A stretch of DNA of 64,000 bases from an uncultured Oscillospiraceae bacterium (lineage in GTDB: Bacteria; Bacillota; Clostridia; Acetivibrionales; DTU013): contig CAZEIH010000004.1 of NCBI GenBank assembly GCA_964512095.1, positions 34,919 to 98,918 on the forward strand, in the 5' to 3' direction. The notes under the pieces were generated by a model. The model saw only the letters and a program-made list of their open reading frames with translations. It searched no databases and was not told where the DNA came from. Of this stretch, positions 36,831 to 46,282 are shown piece after piece. Position numbers and translations under genes: made by a program. The number at the start of each line of letters is the position of its first letter. The stretch's first letter is position 1.

Positions 36831-37796
36831 TTAATAATTTTTTAACAATAGTTTTTTTCCGAAATATTCTCTAGCCATAGCAATATCAGTGGCAATCTGT
36901 TGTGATAGTTCCTCAGCGCTCCTGAATTTCTTTTCATCCCTAAGCTTTTTGAGAAAAAACACTTCAATATCACTCTTGTAAATATCACTGTTAAAATCCA
37001 GAATATGTGTTTCGACACTGGTAGCAGACATATTCCCAAACGTAGGATTATGCCCTGTATTTGTAATACTGTTGTAAAACTCACCATTATAGAAGGTCTT
37101 TGTGATATATACACCATTATAGGGCATTATCAAATATTCTTCAGGCTGCAGGTTTGCAGTAGGGAAACCAATTCTTCGGCCTAGCCGCTTTCCATCCTTC
37201 ACTTCTCCTGTTATGGAGTAATGTCTCCCCATAAGTCTGAATACACCTTCCATGTCACCTTTTGTAACAAACTCGCGAATGGCTGACGAGCTTACAAGCT
37301 CTGTGTTTATCTTTATGGGAGGAATTATTATTACTTTAAAACTATATTTCTTTCCCAGTTCCTTCAGAAGCTTCACATCGCCCTGACCCTTGAATCCGAA
37401 TCGATAATTAAAGCCTGCCACAACCAAGCCTGCACCTAGCCTTTCGACTAATACCTCCCTGACAAAGCTCTCGGGTTCTATCCTAGAATATTTCTCATCA
37501 AATTCATCGAAATACACATAGGCAAGTTGGGTTTCCCCAAGAAGCTGGATACGCTTTCCTATAGTTGTCAGCTGGGGTGTAAAAAGCTTTTTTCTGATAA
37601 TGTTTTCCGGATGCTTGGTAAAGGTATATATCATTGATTCCAGTGAATTTATCCTGGCCTCACTAATAAGAGTATTTACTAGAGCCATATGCCCAACATG
37701 CAGGCCATCAAAATTACCCAACCCCACTGCGGTGGTATAGCTTTCAAATTTAGCCTTTTCATTTCCGAAAATCGTTTTCACTTCTATATACCCCAT
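36831..37796 (-). CDS. ribF: Bifunctional riboflavin kinase / FMN adenylyltransferase
   Basis: RibF pattern GNFDGLHVGH..., with a C-terminal riboflavin kinase region (GFPTANL, E.H.LDF). It lies downstream of truB. Confidence 0.93.
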   Translation of the reverse strand: MGYIEVKTIFGNEKAKFESYTTAVGLGNFDGLHVGHMALVNTLISEARINSLESMIYTFTKHPENIIRKKLFTPQLTTIGKRIQLLGETQLAYVYFDEFDEKYSRIEPESFVREVLVERLGAGLVVAGFNYRFGFKGQGDVKLLKELGKKYSFKVIIIPPIKINTELVSSSAIREFVTKGDMEGVFRLMGRHYSITGEVKDGKRLGRRIGFPTANLQPEEYLIMPYNGVYITKTFYNGEFYNSITNTGHNPTFGNMSATSVETHILDFNSDIYKSDIEVFFLKKLRDEKKFRSAEELSQQIATDIAMAREYFGKKLLLKNY

Positions 37797-37814
37797 TCAT
37801 TCTAAATAAGTTAA

Positions 37815-38753
37815 CTAAAAAAACTTTCTCACCTTTAAATAATTCTCTTCTTTGTTACCTGTAATTGTCCCCAGTGCCAAAAAGTCGCCAGCACTGTCAT
37901 ATACCCGGATAAGAGTGCTATTGGCAGTGGCAAAATTACAACTATTCTGACCTAAACCTCTCTTATCCTGCAATAGCTCTTGGGATATTGGTATCCCCAT
38001 TCCATTTCGAAATCTCTTTTCTAAAGCATCCTCCAGCCTATAACTGCATAAGCTTGCGAAAATACGATCCACTCCCACAAGGGCACTATGTAAGACTCTC
38101 TTTTCCTTTAATTCAGACAGCATTTCCATTGTAAAGGCATCAGATATGTCAAAAGGGCCAGCCCTCATCCTTAGCAAAAACGACATACAGCCTCCACAGC
38201 CAAGCCTGTCCCCTATATCAGCACATAAGGTCCTAATATATGTTCCCTTAGAACAGTGTATATCGATAATCACCTTAACTCCATCCGAGCTATCTATGTC
38301 CAATACCTTTGCTGAGTATATTTCAACCTCTCGTTGTTTCCTCTCCACCTCGACACCTTGACGTGCAAGCTCATAAAGCCTCTTTCCATCAACCCTTATA
38401 GCAGAATGCATTGGTGGCGTTTGCATATATTTTCCTTCAAATGAGGATACAGCTTCAGCTATATCTGATTCATTTACATTCGGCTTAGTCTGGGATATTA
38501 TGCTTCCTGTGGTATCCTGAGTGTCCGTAGTTATCCCCAATGTAAGCTCCGCTCTGTATAGCTTATCCTTATCCATTAGAAACTCAATTGCCTTTGTTGC
38601 TCTTCCTATACAAACCGGCAAAACACCTGTAGCCATAGGATCCAACGTGCCTGCATGGCCAATTCTTCGTACCCCTGTCAGCCCCCGCAGCAGTGCCACC
38701 ACATCAAAGGATGTCATAGCCGGCGGCTTTAATATATTAATTATTCCATTCAT
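37815..38753 (-). CDS. truB: tRNA pseudouridine(55) synthase
   Basis: TruB motif GHAGTLDPMATGVLPV, with a C-terminal PUA-like extension. Confidence 0.93.
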   Translation of the reverse strand: MNGIINILKPPAMTSFDVVALLRGLTGVRRIGHAGTLDPMATGVLPVCIGRATKAIEFLMDKDKLYRAELTLGITTDTQDTTGSIISQTKPNVNESDIAEAVSSFEGKYMQTPPMHSAIRVDGKRLYELARQGVEVERKQREVEIYSAKVLDIDSSDGVKVIIDIHCSKGTYIRTLCADIGDRLGCGGCMSFLLRMRAGPFDISDAFTMEMLSELKEKRVLHSALVGVDRIFASLCSYRLEDALEKRFRNGMGIPISQELLQDKRGLGQNSCNFATANSTLIRVYDSAGDFLALGTITGNKEENYLKVRKFF

Positions 38754-38754
38754 A

Positions 38755-39711
38755 TCAAAGCATTCCCTTTAAATCTTCAAGGAGCATATCAATTACTTCC
38801 TGTAACTCTCCTTTATTTACAGTAAAGCCGGCAGCCCTTTTATGACCCCCGCCTGCATACTTCCCTGCCAGTAAAGAAACATCCACATCATAGTTAGAAC
38901 GAAGGTTTACCTTAATACTTCCATTATGTATTTGCCTGAGCATAACTGCTACTTCCACACCTCTAATATTTCTTGCTACATTAATTATTCCGTCGCTATC
39001 CTCCTGTGAAGCTCCCGACCTAATAATTGCTTCTTGAGTAAGTGTCATGACAGCCACCCTTCCCTGGATGAATAACTCAAGAGAATCAATAGCCTCACCT
39101 GTAAGCCTAACCTTCTCATATGATGTCGTGTCAAATACACGCTTGGATATATCTGCTATGTCTATTCCCTTTTTTAAAAGGTTAGCACATATCGCATGAG
39201 TCATAGGCCCGGTATTACTATATTTGAAACTGCCTGTATCAGTGGTCATAGCAGTATACAAGCATGTTGCGGTATCTCTTGTGGGCGTAACCTCAATTGC
39301 CTCTAAAAGTCTGTAAATTATTTCTCCAGTTGCACTAGATGATGAATCAACATAATCATAGTCCGCAAAGCCTTGATTTGTGGGATGATGGTCAATATTC
39401 ACTGTAACCGGGCCACTTTCGAATACTTCTCTTCTTGAGCCCAGTCTGTCCATGTCTCCACAATCAAGAGCGATGACCAAATCAATATCCTTTTGGACTT
39501 CAGGATAAACGAATATCAGCTGAATACCTGGCAAAAATTCAAAAACCTGCGGTATATTCTCTTCTAGCACCACTGATACTTCTTTTCCCCTGGCTGAAAG
39601 CTCAATTGCCAGAGCAAGGGAGGAACCAATAGCATCTCCGTCCGCTGAAATATGTGGAAGAATGGCTATTTTGTTCGATTTATTTATTACATCTGCTATT
39701 TTCTTGAGCAT
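38755..39711 (-). CDS. nrnA: DHH/DHHA1 phosphoesterase (NrnA-type oligoribonuclease / pAp phosphatase)
   Basis: DHH motifs (HISADGDAIGS, DHH), DHHA1 GGGHKRAAG, and the conserved position between rbfA and truB. Confidence 0.85.
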   Translation of the reverse strand: MLKKIADVINKSNKIAILPHISADGDAIGSSLALAIELSARGKEVSVVLEENIPQVFEFLPGIQLIFVYPEVQKDIDLVIALDCGDMDRLGSRREVFESGPVTVNIDHHPTNQGFADYDYVDSSSSATGEIIYRLLEAIEVTPTRDTATCLYTAMTTDTGSFKYSNTGPMTHAICANLLKKGIDIADISKRVFDTTSYEKVRLTGEAIDSLELFIQGRVAVMTLTQEAIIRSGASQEDSDGIINVARNIRGVEVAVMLRQIHNGSIKVNLRSNYDVDVSLLAGKYAGGGHKRAAGFTVNKGELQEVIDMLLEDLKGML

Positions 39712-39722
39712 TCAGAGTTCTC

Positions 39723-40067
39723 CTACTTTCCCTGCAGTGTTTCATTTATAAGTTTATTAAGATACACACCGCGTTCAATTGAGTTATCTAGTTCAAAGAG
39801 CATCTCCGGTGTATAGCGAAGCTTAAGTCTCTGACCAATCTCGCGTCTGATGTAGCCTGCAGCACTTTTCAGCCCCTCAATAGCATTTTTCTTATCACTC
39901 TCATCACCTAAAACGCTTATGAATATCTTCGCATACCTAAGATCCCTAGTGACCTCTGCAGCAGTAACGCTAATCATTTTAGGCAATCTAGGATCCTTCA
40001 GTTCATTTTGGATAATTGTGCTTACCTCTTTTTTTACTTCCTCTGATATTCTGTCCGTTCTGTCCAT
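39723..40067 (-). CDS. rbfA: Ribosome-binding factor A
   Basis: RbfA pattern RISEEVKKEVSTIIQNELKDPRL...VTRDLRYAKIFIS. A GGAGGAG RBS precedes the ATG at 40067. Confidence 0.92.
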   Translation of the reverse strand: MDRTDRISEEVKKEVSTIIQNELKDPRLPKMISVTAAEVTRDLRYAKIFISVLGDESDKKNAIEGLKSAAGYIRREIGQRLKLRYTPEMLFELDNSIERGVYLNKLINETLQGK

Positions 40068-40180
40068 AAAATCACTCCTCCCAGCTTTGCTGGTACATAT
40101 GAAGAGTAAAGCGTTCAAGTAAAAAGGCTGGGCAGACAGTATTACCGCCCGTCCAGCCCATCAACTCCTAATGCTGTCTA

Positions 40181-43100
40181 CTAACGCTTTACCTCTTCCA
40201 TTACATACGCTTCGATGATGTCGTTTTCCTTGATATCATTGAATTTTTCTATAGAAAGCCCACACTCAAAGCCCTGTAACACTTCCTTAGCATCGTCTTT
40301 GAATCGTTTGAGGGACGCCAGGCTTCCTTCATGTACAACAATACCATCTCTAATAACTCTGACATCACTATTTCTATTTATTTTACCGTCAAGAACATAA
40401 CAGCCTGCAATGGTTCCTATTCCTGACACCTTGAAGATTTGCCTTATTTCAGTATGCCCTAGTATAACCTCCTTAAACGTAGGTTCCAGCATACCCTTCA
40501 TAGCCGCCTCGATATCTTCTATTGCATTGTAAATTACCCTATAGAGACGCATATCTACTCCCGCATTCTTTGCAGCCTCGGTAACATTAGCCCCAGGTCT
40601 TACATTAAAGCCAATGATTATTGCATTAGAAACATCTGCTAGGGCAACATCTGACTCTGTTATAGCTCCAACAGCGCCATGGATTACATTGATTCTGACT
40701 TCTTCATTGGTCAGTTTCACCAAGGACTGCTTTACAGCTTCAACAGAACCCTGAACATCTGCTTTGATAATTATATTGAGATCCTTTACCTGTCCTTCTT
40801 GTATCTGCTTGAAAAGATCATCTAGAGAAACCTTTGTAACAACATTATGCTGTTGCTGCTCCTTCTGCTTGAACCTACGCTTTTCAACAAGGTGTCTGGC
40901 AACTCTCTCATCCTCTATTGCATAAAACAACTCGCCTGCTTCCGGAACATCGGGAAGTCCCAGTATCTCCACAGGTGTAGAGGGTCCGGCAATGTTCACT
41001 AAATTCCCTTTATCGTCAACCATTGCCCTTATCCTGCCTACCGTCGTACCTGAAACTATTGAATCACCCAACTTGAGAGTTCCCCTCTGTACAAGCACAG
41101 TAGCCAGCGGTCCCCTGTTCTTATCCAATTTAGCTTCAATCACAGTACCTTTAGCCTGCCTATTAGGATCAGCCTTCAATTCGAGGACATCTGAGGTCAG
41201 TAGTACCATCTCGAGCAGCTGGTCAATATTCTGACGTTTCTTTGCCGAAACATTAACACAGATCACGTCACCGCCCCATTCCTCTGATACAAGACCATGC
41301 TGTGTCAACTCCTGTTTCACTTTGTCCGGGTTTGCACCGGGCTTATCAATTTTGTTGATAGCAACTATAATAGAAACATTTGCTGCTTTTGCATGATTTA
41401 TTGCCTCTACTGTCTGAGGCATCACTCCGTCATCGGCGGCAACAACAAGTATAGCCACGTCCGTAACTTGAGCGCCTCTGGCTCTCATGGATGTAAACGC
41501 CTCATGACCTGGTGTATCCAGGAAAGTAATATTCCTTTCGCTAATCTTTACTGTGTATGCGCCAATATGCTGTGTAATGCCCCCGGCTTCACTTTCAATA
41601 ACATGAGTTGACCTTATTGCATCCAGTAATGAAGTCTTACCATGGTCAACATGCCCCATAACGACAACAACCGGTGGTCTGGGCTCAAGCTTTGCGGAAT
41701 CATCCTGATCGTTATCGTCGAACAGAATATCCTCTTCATTAATAATCACTGCTTTTTCAGTTTTTATTCCAAACTCTTCGGCCACTATGGTGGCAGTATC
41801 AAAATCTACTTCCTCATTTAGAGTAGCCATTATTCCATATACCATTAGCTTTTTTATGACTTCTGTCGAAGTTTTTTTCAATGATTCAGCTAATTCCTTG
41901 ACCGTTAAGGTTTCCGGTATGGTTATGGATGTCAGCACAGCTCGTTTTGGTATGTGCTTAAGCTGATCCTTACCTCGTCTCTGTCTGTTTAGTCTCTTCT
42001 TCTTTGCTCCGTTTTCACCATAAAACTCATTGAGTATGAATTCTTCAGAAAGTATCTCTGATACTCCCTTCTTTTCATGCAAGCCAATATTAGTCGGCCT
42101 TACCCTCTTACTAGGCCTGTTTGGCATTGCCTTTGGAGCTTCCTTCCTCTGCTCCCTCTTAACTCCCTTATCAATATCTCTACCTATAAATTCACGCCTG
42201 ATTTCATTTTTCTGTCCGAGATCTTCTCTCTGGACAACAGAAATATCCGGCTTCGGTATATCCAATTGTTTTCCTGCAGGTTTACCACCCTGATACGGAG
42301 GTCTTCCACCTTGGGGCCTGTTTCCTTGGTATGGAGGCCTGTCACCTTGGGGCCTGTTGCCCTGGTATGGAGGCCTGTCACCTTGGGGTCTGCTGCCCTG
42401 GTACGGAGGCCTGTCACCTTGGGGCCTGCTGCCCTGGTACGGAGGCCTGTCACCTTGGGGCCTGCTGCCCTGGTACGGAGGCCTGTCACCTTGGGGCCTG
42501 CTGCCCTGGTATGGAGGCCTGTTACCCTGGGGTCTGCTTCCTTGGTATGGCGGTCTGTCGCCTTGAGGTCTGCCTCCCTGAGGTCTGCTTCCCTGATATG
42601 GCGGTCTCCCACCCTGAGACCTGCCACTCTGAGGCTGACTCATATTTGTCTGGGCTTTATCTGAAACTTTAGTGTCATCTGTTTTCTGACCCCTTTGTGG
42701 GCTTTTTACTTTATCTGATTCCTTTTCAACCTCTACTGCTTTTGATTCCTTTTGGGTTATCTGTGTATCAGTAGACACAGCAGGCTCCTTGTGAACCTTA
42801 TCCTGCTTGATACCATCAGCAGTACCACTAATTTCTCCCTGCCCTTTTGCCTTTTCTTCCTTTGAGGTCATATCATTCATATTTAGATTCATATCCTTTG
42901 CAGGTTCGGTCTTTTTTGTTGCAGTGCGTTCAGCTGGTGTTTCTTTTGTTACTTTCTTGGTATCAGCCTTTGCCACAGTCTTAGCCTTTTCTGCTTCAGA
43001 AGCAACCACAGCTTCCTTATTTCCTGTATTATGAATTGCTTTGCCGGATCCCGGTTTTTGTGTCACATTAGTATTATTGGCATAATCAGCTCTACTCTTT

Positions 43101-43528
43101 CTGACAAATCCTGAAAGTAATCCGGAGTTTGTATCTGCAGACTTGACATATTCACTTCTTCTGTCGTTATTTCTGCCCCTGTAGTCACCTTTGTTAAAGC
43201 TATTCTTTGCTACTTCTCTGTCATCATCTCTGCTATTGATAACTATTTCCGTAGTTCTGATAATACGGGGGGCGTTTCTTTTTTCTCGCTTGACCTCAGG
43301 CTTCGGCGGTACAGGTGCGACAGGAGGAGCTTTCTTTTCCTCTGCCTCGCCTTTTTTTTCCTCATGCCTTATTACACCAATATGCTTATAGAGAGCCTCA
43401 AGCTCTTGACCCTCAAGAAGACTCATATGATTCTTTACACTAATATTAATCTCCCCAAGCTTTTCCATAAGCCTTTTGCTTGTCGTATTTAGTTCCTTAG
43501 CTAGTTCATATACTCTAACCTTTTCCAA
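40181..43528 (-). CDS. infB: Translation initiation factor IF-2 (1115 aa, expanded repeat-containing N-terminal region)
   Basis: G-domain [20 protein letters not shown] and NKID, with conserved C-terminal domains. The N-terminal ~600 aa are low-complexity. Confidence 0.97.
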   Translation of the reverse strand: MEKVRVYELAKELNTTSKRLMEKLGEINISVKNHMSLLEGQELEALYKHIGVIRHEEKKGEAEEKKAPPVAPVPPKPEVKREKRNAPRIIRTTEIVINSRDDDREVAKNSFNKGDYRGRNNDRRSEYVKSADTNSGLLSGFVRKSRADYANNTNVTQKPGSGKAIHNTGNKEAVVASEAEKAKTVAKADTKKVTKETPAERTATKKTEPAKDMNLNMNDMTSKEEKAKGQGEISGTADGIKQDKVHKEPAVSTDTQITQKESKAVEVEKESDKVKSPQRGQKTDDTKVSDKAQTNMSQPQSGRSQGGRPPYQGSRPQGGRPQGDRPPYQGSRPQGNRPPYQGSRPQGDRPPYQGSRPQGDRPPYQGSRPQGDRPPYQGSRPQGDRPPYQGNRPQGDRPPYQGNRPQGGRPPYQGGKPAGKQLDIPKPDISVVQREDLGQKNEIRREFIGRDIDKGVKREQRKEAPKAMPNRPSKRVRPTNIGLHEKKGVSEILSEEFILNEFYGENGAKKKRLNRQRRGKDQLKHIPKRAVLTSITIPETLTVKELAESLKKTSTEVIKKLMVYGIMATLNEEVDFDTATIVAEEFGIKTEKAVIINEEDILFDDNDQDDSAKLEPRPPVVVVMGHVDHGKTSLLDAIRSTHVIESEAGGITQHIGAYTVKISERNITFLDTPGHEAFTSMRARGAQVTDVAILVVAADDGVMPQTVEAINHAKAANVSIIVAINKIDKPGANPDKVKQELTQHGLVSEEWGGDVICVNVSAKKRQNIDQLLEMVLLTSDVLELKADPNRQAKGTVIEAKLDKNRGPLATVLVQRGTLKLGDSIVSGTTVGRIRAMVDDKGNLVNIAGPSTPVEILGLPDVPEAGELFYAIEDERVARHLVEKRRFKQKEQQQHNVVTKVSLDDLFKQIQEGQVKDLNIIIKADVQGSVEAVKQSLVKLTNEEVRINVIHGAVGAITESDVALADVSNAIIIGFNVRPGANVTEAAKNAGVDMRLYRVIYNAIEDIEAAMKGMLEPTFKEVILGHTEIRQIFKVSGIGTIAGCYVLDGKINRNSDVRVIRDGIVVHEGSLASLKRFKDDAKEVLQGFECGLSIEKFNDIKENDIIEAYVMEEVKR
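42285..42635 (-). repeat. In-frame 36-bp tandem repeats (~9 units) encoding [12 protein letters not shown] in infB
   Basis: The plus strand repeats ggcctgtcaccttggggcctgctgccctggtacgga. The protein reads ...[36 protein letters not shown]... Confidence 0.9.
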
Positions 43529-43530
43529 AT

Positions 43531-43857
43531 CTATACACCCCCATGTTCTGTACCGCGATTATCAATCATTTCTATAAGATGCCCTGCAAAGTTTGTTTCA
43601 ATTATGGCAATGACAGAACGCACTCTTTTTCCTGTAAATTTGCCGAGTTGTTCTTTTTCGCCAAACTCCCTTAGTTCTACATCCCTATATTTGCACATAT
43701 CCTTGAATTTCTTCTTGGTATTGTCCGAGGCATCTCCAGATACAATAACCAGGTATGCCTTTCCGCCCTTCAAAGCTCTTTCACAGGTTTCATCTCCTGA
43801 CAAAAGCTTTCCTGCCTTAGTTGCCAGACCCATAAAGGAGTATATCCTATCCGTCAT
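43531..43857 (-). CDS. ylxQ: L7Ae-family RNA-binding protein (YlxQ-like)
   Basis: L7Ae/L30e-like pattern ([14 protein letters not shown]...[11 protein letters not shown]), in the conserved slot between ylxR and infB. Confidence 0.85.
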   Translation of the reverse strand: MTDRIYSFMGLATKAGKLLSGDETCERALKGGKAYLVIVSGDASDNTKKKFKDMCKYRDVELREFGEKEQLGKFTGKRVRSVIAIIETNFAGHLIEMIDNRGTEHGGV

Positions 43858-44131
43858 TATTTCCCTCCAGTTGCAATTTCAGTGTATCATATACAGCTTC
43901 ATCGATGCGGGCTTCAAAAGCTTTCTCAAGCTTTCTGCCCTTTTGTGCCTTTTCCAGACATTCAATGCTCCTGCATATATAAGCGCCTCTTCCAGCTTTT
44001 TTACCTGTGAAGTCAACGCTTGTAACGCCTTCCTTGTCCCTGACGATTCTGGTTAGTTCCTTTTTGGGTTTCATCTCATGACATCCAAGGCACATACGTA
44101 AAGGTATCCTCTTTTGTTTCAAGCATGTCAC
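43847..44131 (-). CDS. ylxR: YlxR/DUF448-family RNA-binding protein
   Basis: PLRMCLGCHEMKPKKELTRIV...GRGAYIC matches the YlxR signature. It lies directly after nusA. Confidence 0.88.
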   Translation of the reverse strand: MTCLKQKRIPLRMCLGCHEMKPKKELTRIVRDKEGVTSVDFTGKKAGRGAYICRSIECLEKAQKGRKLEKAFEARIDEAVYDTLKLQLEGNNDG

Positions 44132-44133
44132 CC

Positions 44134-45489
44134 CTATTCCATATCATCCTCCAAGATTGCATCCTCTGCTATATCTGCCGAGTCTGCTTCGTCACCTACT
44201 TCTGCTTCATCTGCTTCTTCTGCTTCTTCTGCTTCTTCTGCTTCATCTGATACATCATCCACGTCAGTTGCATCAACTGTGTCTACTTCATCTGCCACAT
44301 CAACTGTGTCCTGCTCTGTATCTTCGGTATTATCTTCATATCCTTCATACTCGCCATTATATTCATCTTCGTATTCTTCGTACTCATCCTCATAGTTATT
44401 TTCGCTATTATTGTAGCTATCCATGTTGAACATTTGTTGTTCAATGACAGCTCTGAGCTGTGACTCGCTCTTGATGTCAATCTTCCAGCCTGTTAACCTG
44501 GCAGCTAGCCTTGCATTCTGGCCTTCCTTGCCAATAGCCAATGAAAGCTGGAAATCAGGTACAATTACCCTTGCTGTCCTAGCTTCATCATCCACGTCAA
44601 CACGTACTACCTTTGCAGGACTAAGGCTGCTTGATATATATTCCTCTGGATCACTACTCCATCTAATAATATCAATCTTTTCACCTCTAAGCTCATCTAC
44701 TATGGCTTGGACTCTAGTACCCTTTTGTCCAACACATGCCCCTACAGGATCAACATTAGAATCTCTTGAATAAACTGCTATCTTAGTCCTTGAGCCAGCC
44801 TCTCTTGAAATGCTTTTTATTTCTACAGTCCCGTCGTGTATTTCAGGCACCTCAAGCTCAAATAGCCTTTTCACAAGCCCTGGGTGTGTCCTGGACACAA
44901 GTACCTGGGGGCCTTTTGTGGTTTTTTTGACCTCAACTATATACGTCTTTACCCTGTCATTAAACCTATATTCCTCACTATTAGTTTGCTCAGGCGGTGT
45001 CATAATAGCTTCTGTTTTTCCCAGATCTATAATAATATTTTTTCTTTCATTCCTCTGAATGATACCTGTTATGATATCTCCTTCCTTATTATAAAACTCT
45101 TCAAAAATAATACTACGCTCTGCTTCGCGTATTCTCTGCATAACAACCTGCTTAGCGGTCTGGGCTGCAATCCTTCCGAATTTTCGAGGTGTAACCTCTA
45201 TCTCTGCAATGTCCTCCTCCGCATATGAAGTATCAATCTTCCGAGCCTCGTCCAATGATATATCTCCATTTTCATCCTCAGGCGTCGATGTGACTCTCTT
45301 GAGTGCAAAGACCTTCACATCTCCCGTCTCACGACATATATGGATTCTTACATTCTGCGTTGATCCAAAATTCCTCTTATAAGCAGAAATAAGGGCAGCC
45401 TCAATGGCTTCCACCAAAATTTCCTTATTTATTCCTCTCTCTCTTTCCAGTTGATCCAATGCTTGAATCAGTTCCGCACTCATTCTCAT
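44134..45489 (-). CDS. nusA: Transcription termination/antitermination factor NusA with ~90-aa acidic tail
   Basis: NusA N-terminal domain, S1 and two KH domains (GACVGQKGTRVQAI, LAIGKEGQNARLAARLTGWKIDI). The C-terminus is a D/E/Y-rich tail. Confidence 0.96.
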   Translation of the reverse strand: MRMSAELIQALDQLERERGINKEILVEAIEAALISAYKRNFGSTQNVRIHICRETGDVKVFALKRVTSTPEDENGDISLDEARKIDTSYAEEDIAEIEVTPRKFGRIAAQTAKQVVMQRIREAERSIIFEEFYNKEGDIITGIIQRNERKNIIIDLGKTEAIMTPPEQTNSEEYRFNDRVKTYIVEVKKTTKGPQVLVSRTHPGLVKRLFELEVPEIHDGTVEIKSISREAGSRTKIAVYSRDSNVDPVGACVGQKGTRVQAIVDELRGEKIDIIRWSSDPEEYISSSLSPAKVVRVDVDDEARTARVIVPDFQLSLAIGKEGQNARLAARLTGWKIDIKSESQLRAVIEQQMFNMDSYNNSENNYEDEYEEYEDEYNGEYEGYEDNTEDTEQDTVDVADEVDTVDATDVDDVSDEAEEAEEAEEADEAEVGDEADSADIAEDAILEDDME

Positions 45490-45540
45490 ACCTCCTGTAA
45501 TACCCCGCTAATCGGGAATTCATCATCAGCCTACTACTAT

Positions 45541-45668
45541 ATTATCTATGTCCTCATAATACGCTGACCTCTATAGGTCGGCGATGAATGAAGACAAATT
45601 AATTAACTTCCTTGGTCAAGTGGAGTTCAGTCTCTACCTGACTCCCTGAGCGAAGTGAAATGACTTGC
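45541..45668 (-). repeat. Interspersed ~128-bp structured repeat, copy B (inverted relative to copy A)
   Basis: Its reverse complement aligns to 8445-8572 at about 110 of 128 positions by eye. It fills most of the 178-bp rimP-nusA spacer and abuts the rimP stop codon. Confidence 0.85.
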
Positions 45669-46129
45669 TAAAACCTAATGATTCGCCTTACAAGGGCTGT
45701 ATCCTTTCTATCAAAACCCATTGTAGAACCATCCTCGGTCTTTATTTCAAATATGTCTCCTGTAAGTCCAAGCAATTCACCATCATATATCTTTTTACCA
45801 TTTAATGGCTGATAAAGCTTGACCTCAACTAACTCACCCTTGAAGCGCTCATAGTCACGATCCTTTTTCAGCGGTCTCTCGCCAGGAGATGAAACCTCCA
45901 GTATGTAGCTTTGCTTTATTGGATCCTTTTTATCAAGTAAATCGCTTAATTGCTCACTTATTGCCTGGCAATCTTCTATTAGAATACCACCTGGCTTGTC
46001 AATATAAACCCTGAGGTACCAATTGGCACCTTCCTTTAGAAATTCTACGTCCACTAGCTCAAAGGCCAACGCTTCAACAATTGGTTGAGCCATCTCATCT
46101 ATAATATCCTCTACTTTCTTTTTTGCCAT
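45668..46129 (-). CDS. rimP: Ribosome maturation factor RimP
   Basis: RimP pattern (ELVDVEFLKEGANWYLRVYIDKPGG...LEVSSPG), as the first gene of the nusA-infB operon. Confidence 0.92.
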   Translation of the reverse strand: MAKKKVEDIIDEMAQPIVEALAFELVDVEFLKEGANWYLRVYIDKPGGILIEDCQAISEQLSDLLDKKDPIKQSYILEVSSPGERPLKKDRDYERFKGELVEVKLYQPLNGKKIYDGELLGLTGDIFEIKTEDGSTMGFDRKDTALVRRIIRF

Positions 46130-46177
46130 TTGACATCTCCAATCTTTTCCCTTGGCTAATCAATCATATTTAAAGAC

Positions 46178-46202
46178 AAAGAGTGGGTTTGGCCCACTCT
46201 TT
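46178..46202 (-). terminator. Hairpin downstream of polC (probable terminator)
   Basis: The minus-strand hairpin aaagagtggg-ccaaa-cccactcttt is followed by GTCTTTA (a weak U tract), ~80 nt after the polC stop. Confidence 0.5.
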
Positions 46203-46282
46203 TCCAAAAAAAACAATATGCTCAGTCCAAAAAACATTATAACACTATTATCTTCAGTTTTCAATCATTTATTTACTAACCG

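Noticed and set aside
42030-42672. Several long ORFs in other frames or on the other strand within infB (87-195 aa, [12 protein letters not shown] and [11 protein letters not shown] repeats)
   Set aside because: They are artefacts of the 36-bp in-frame repeats of IF-2. The infB frame is continuous and homologous on both sides.
44114-44429. Plus-strand Ser-rich and Leu/His-rich ORFs opposite the nusA 3' end
   Set aside because: These are antisense translations of the acidic-tail codon repeats (GAA/GAT versus TTC/ATC), not independent genes.
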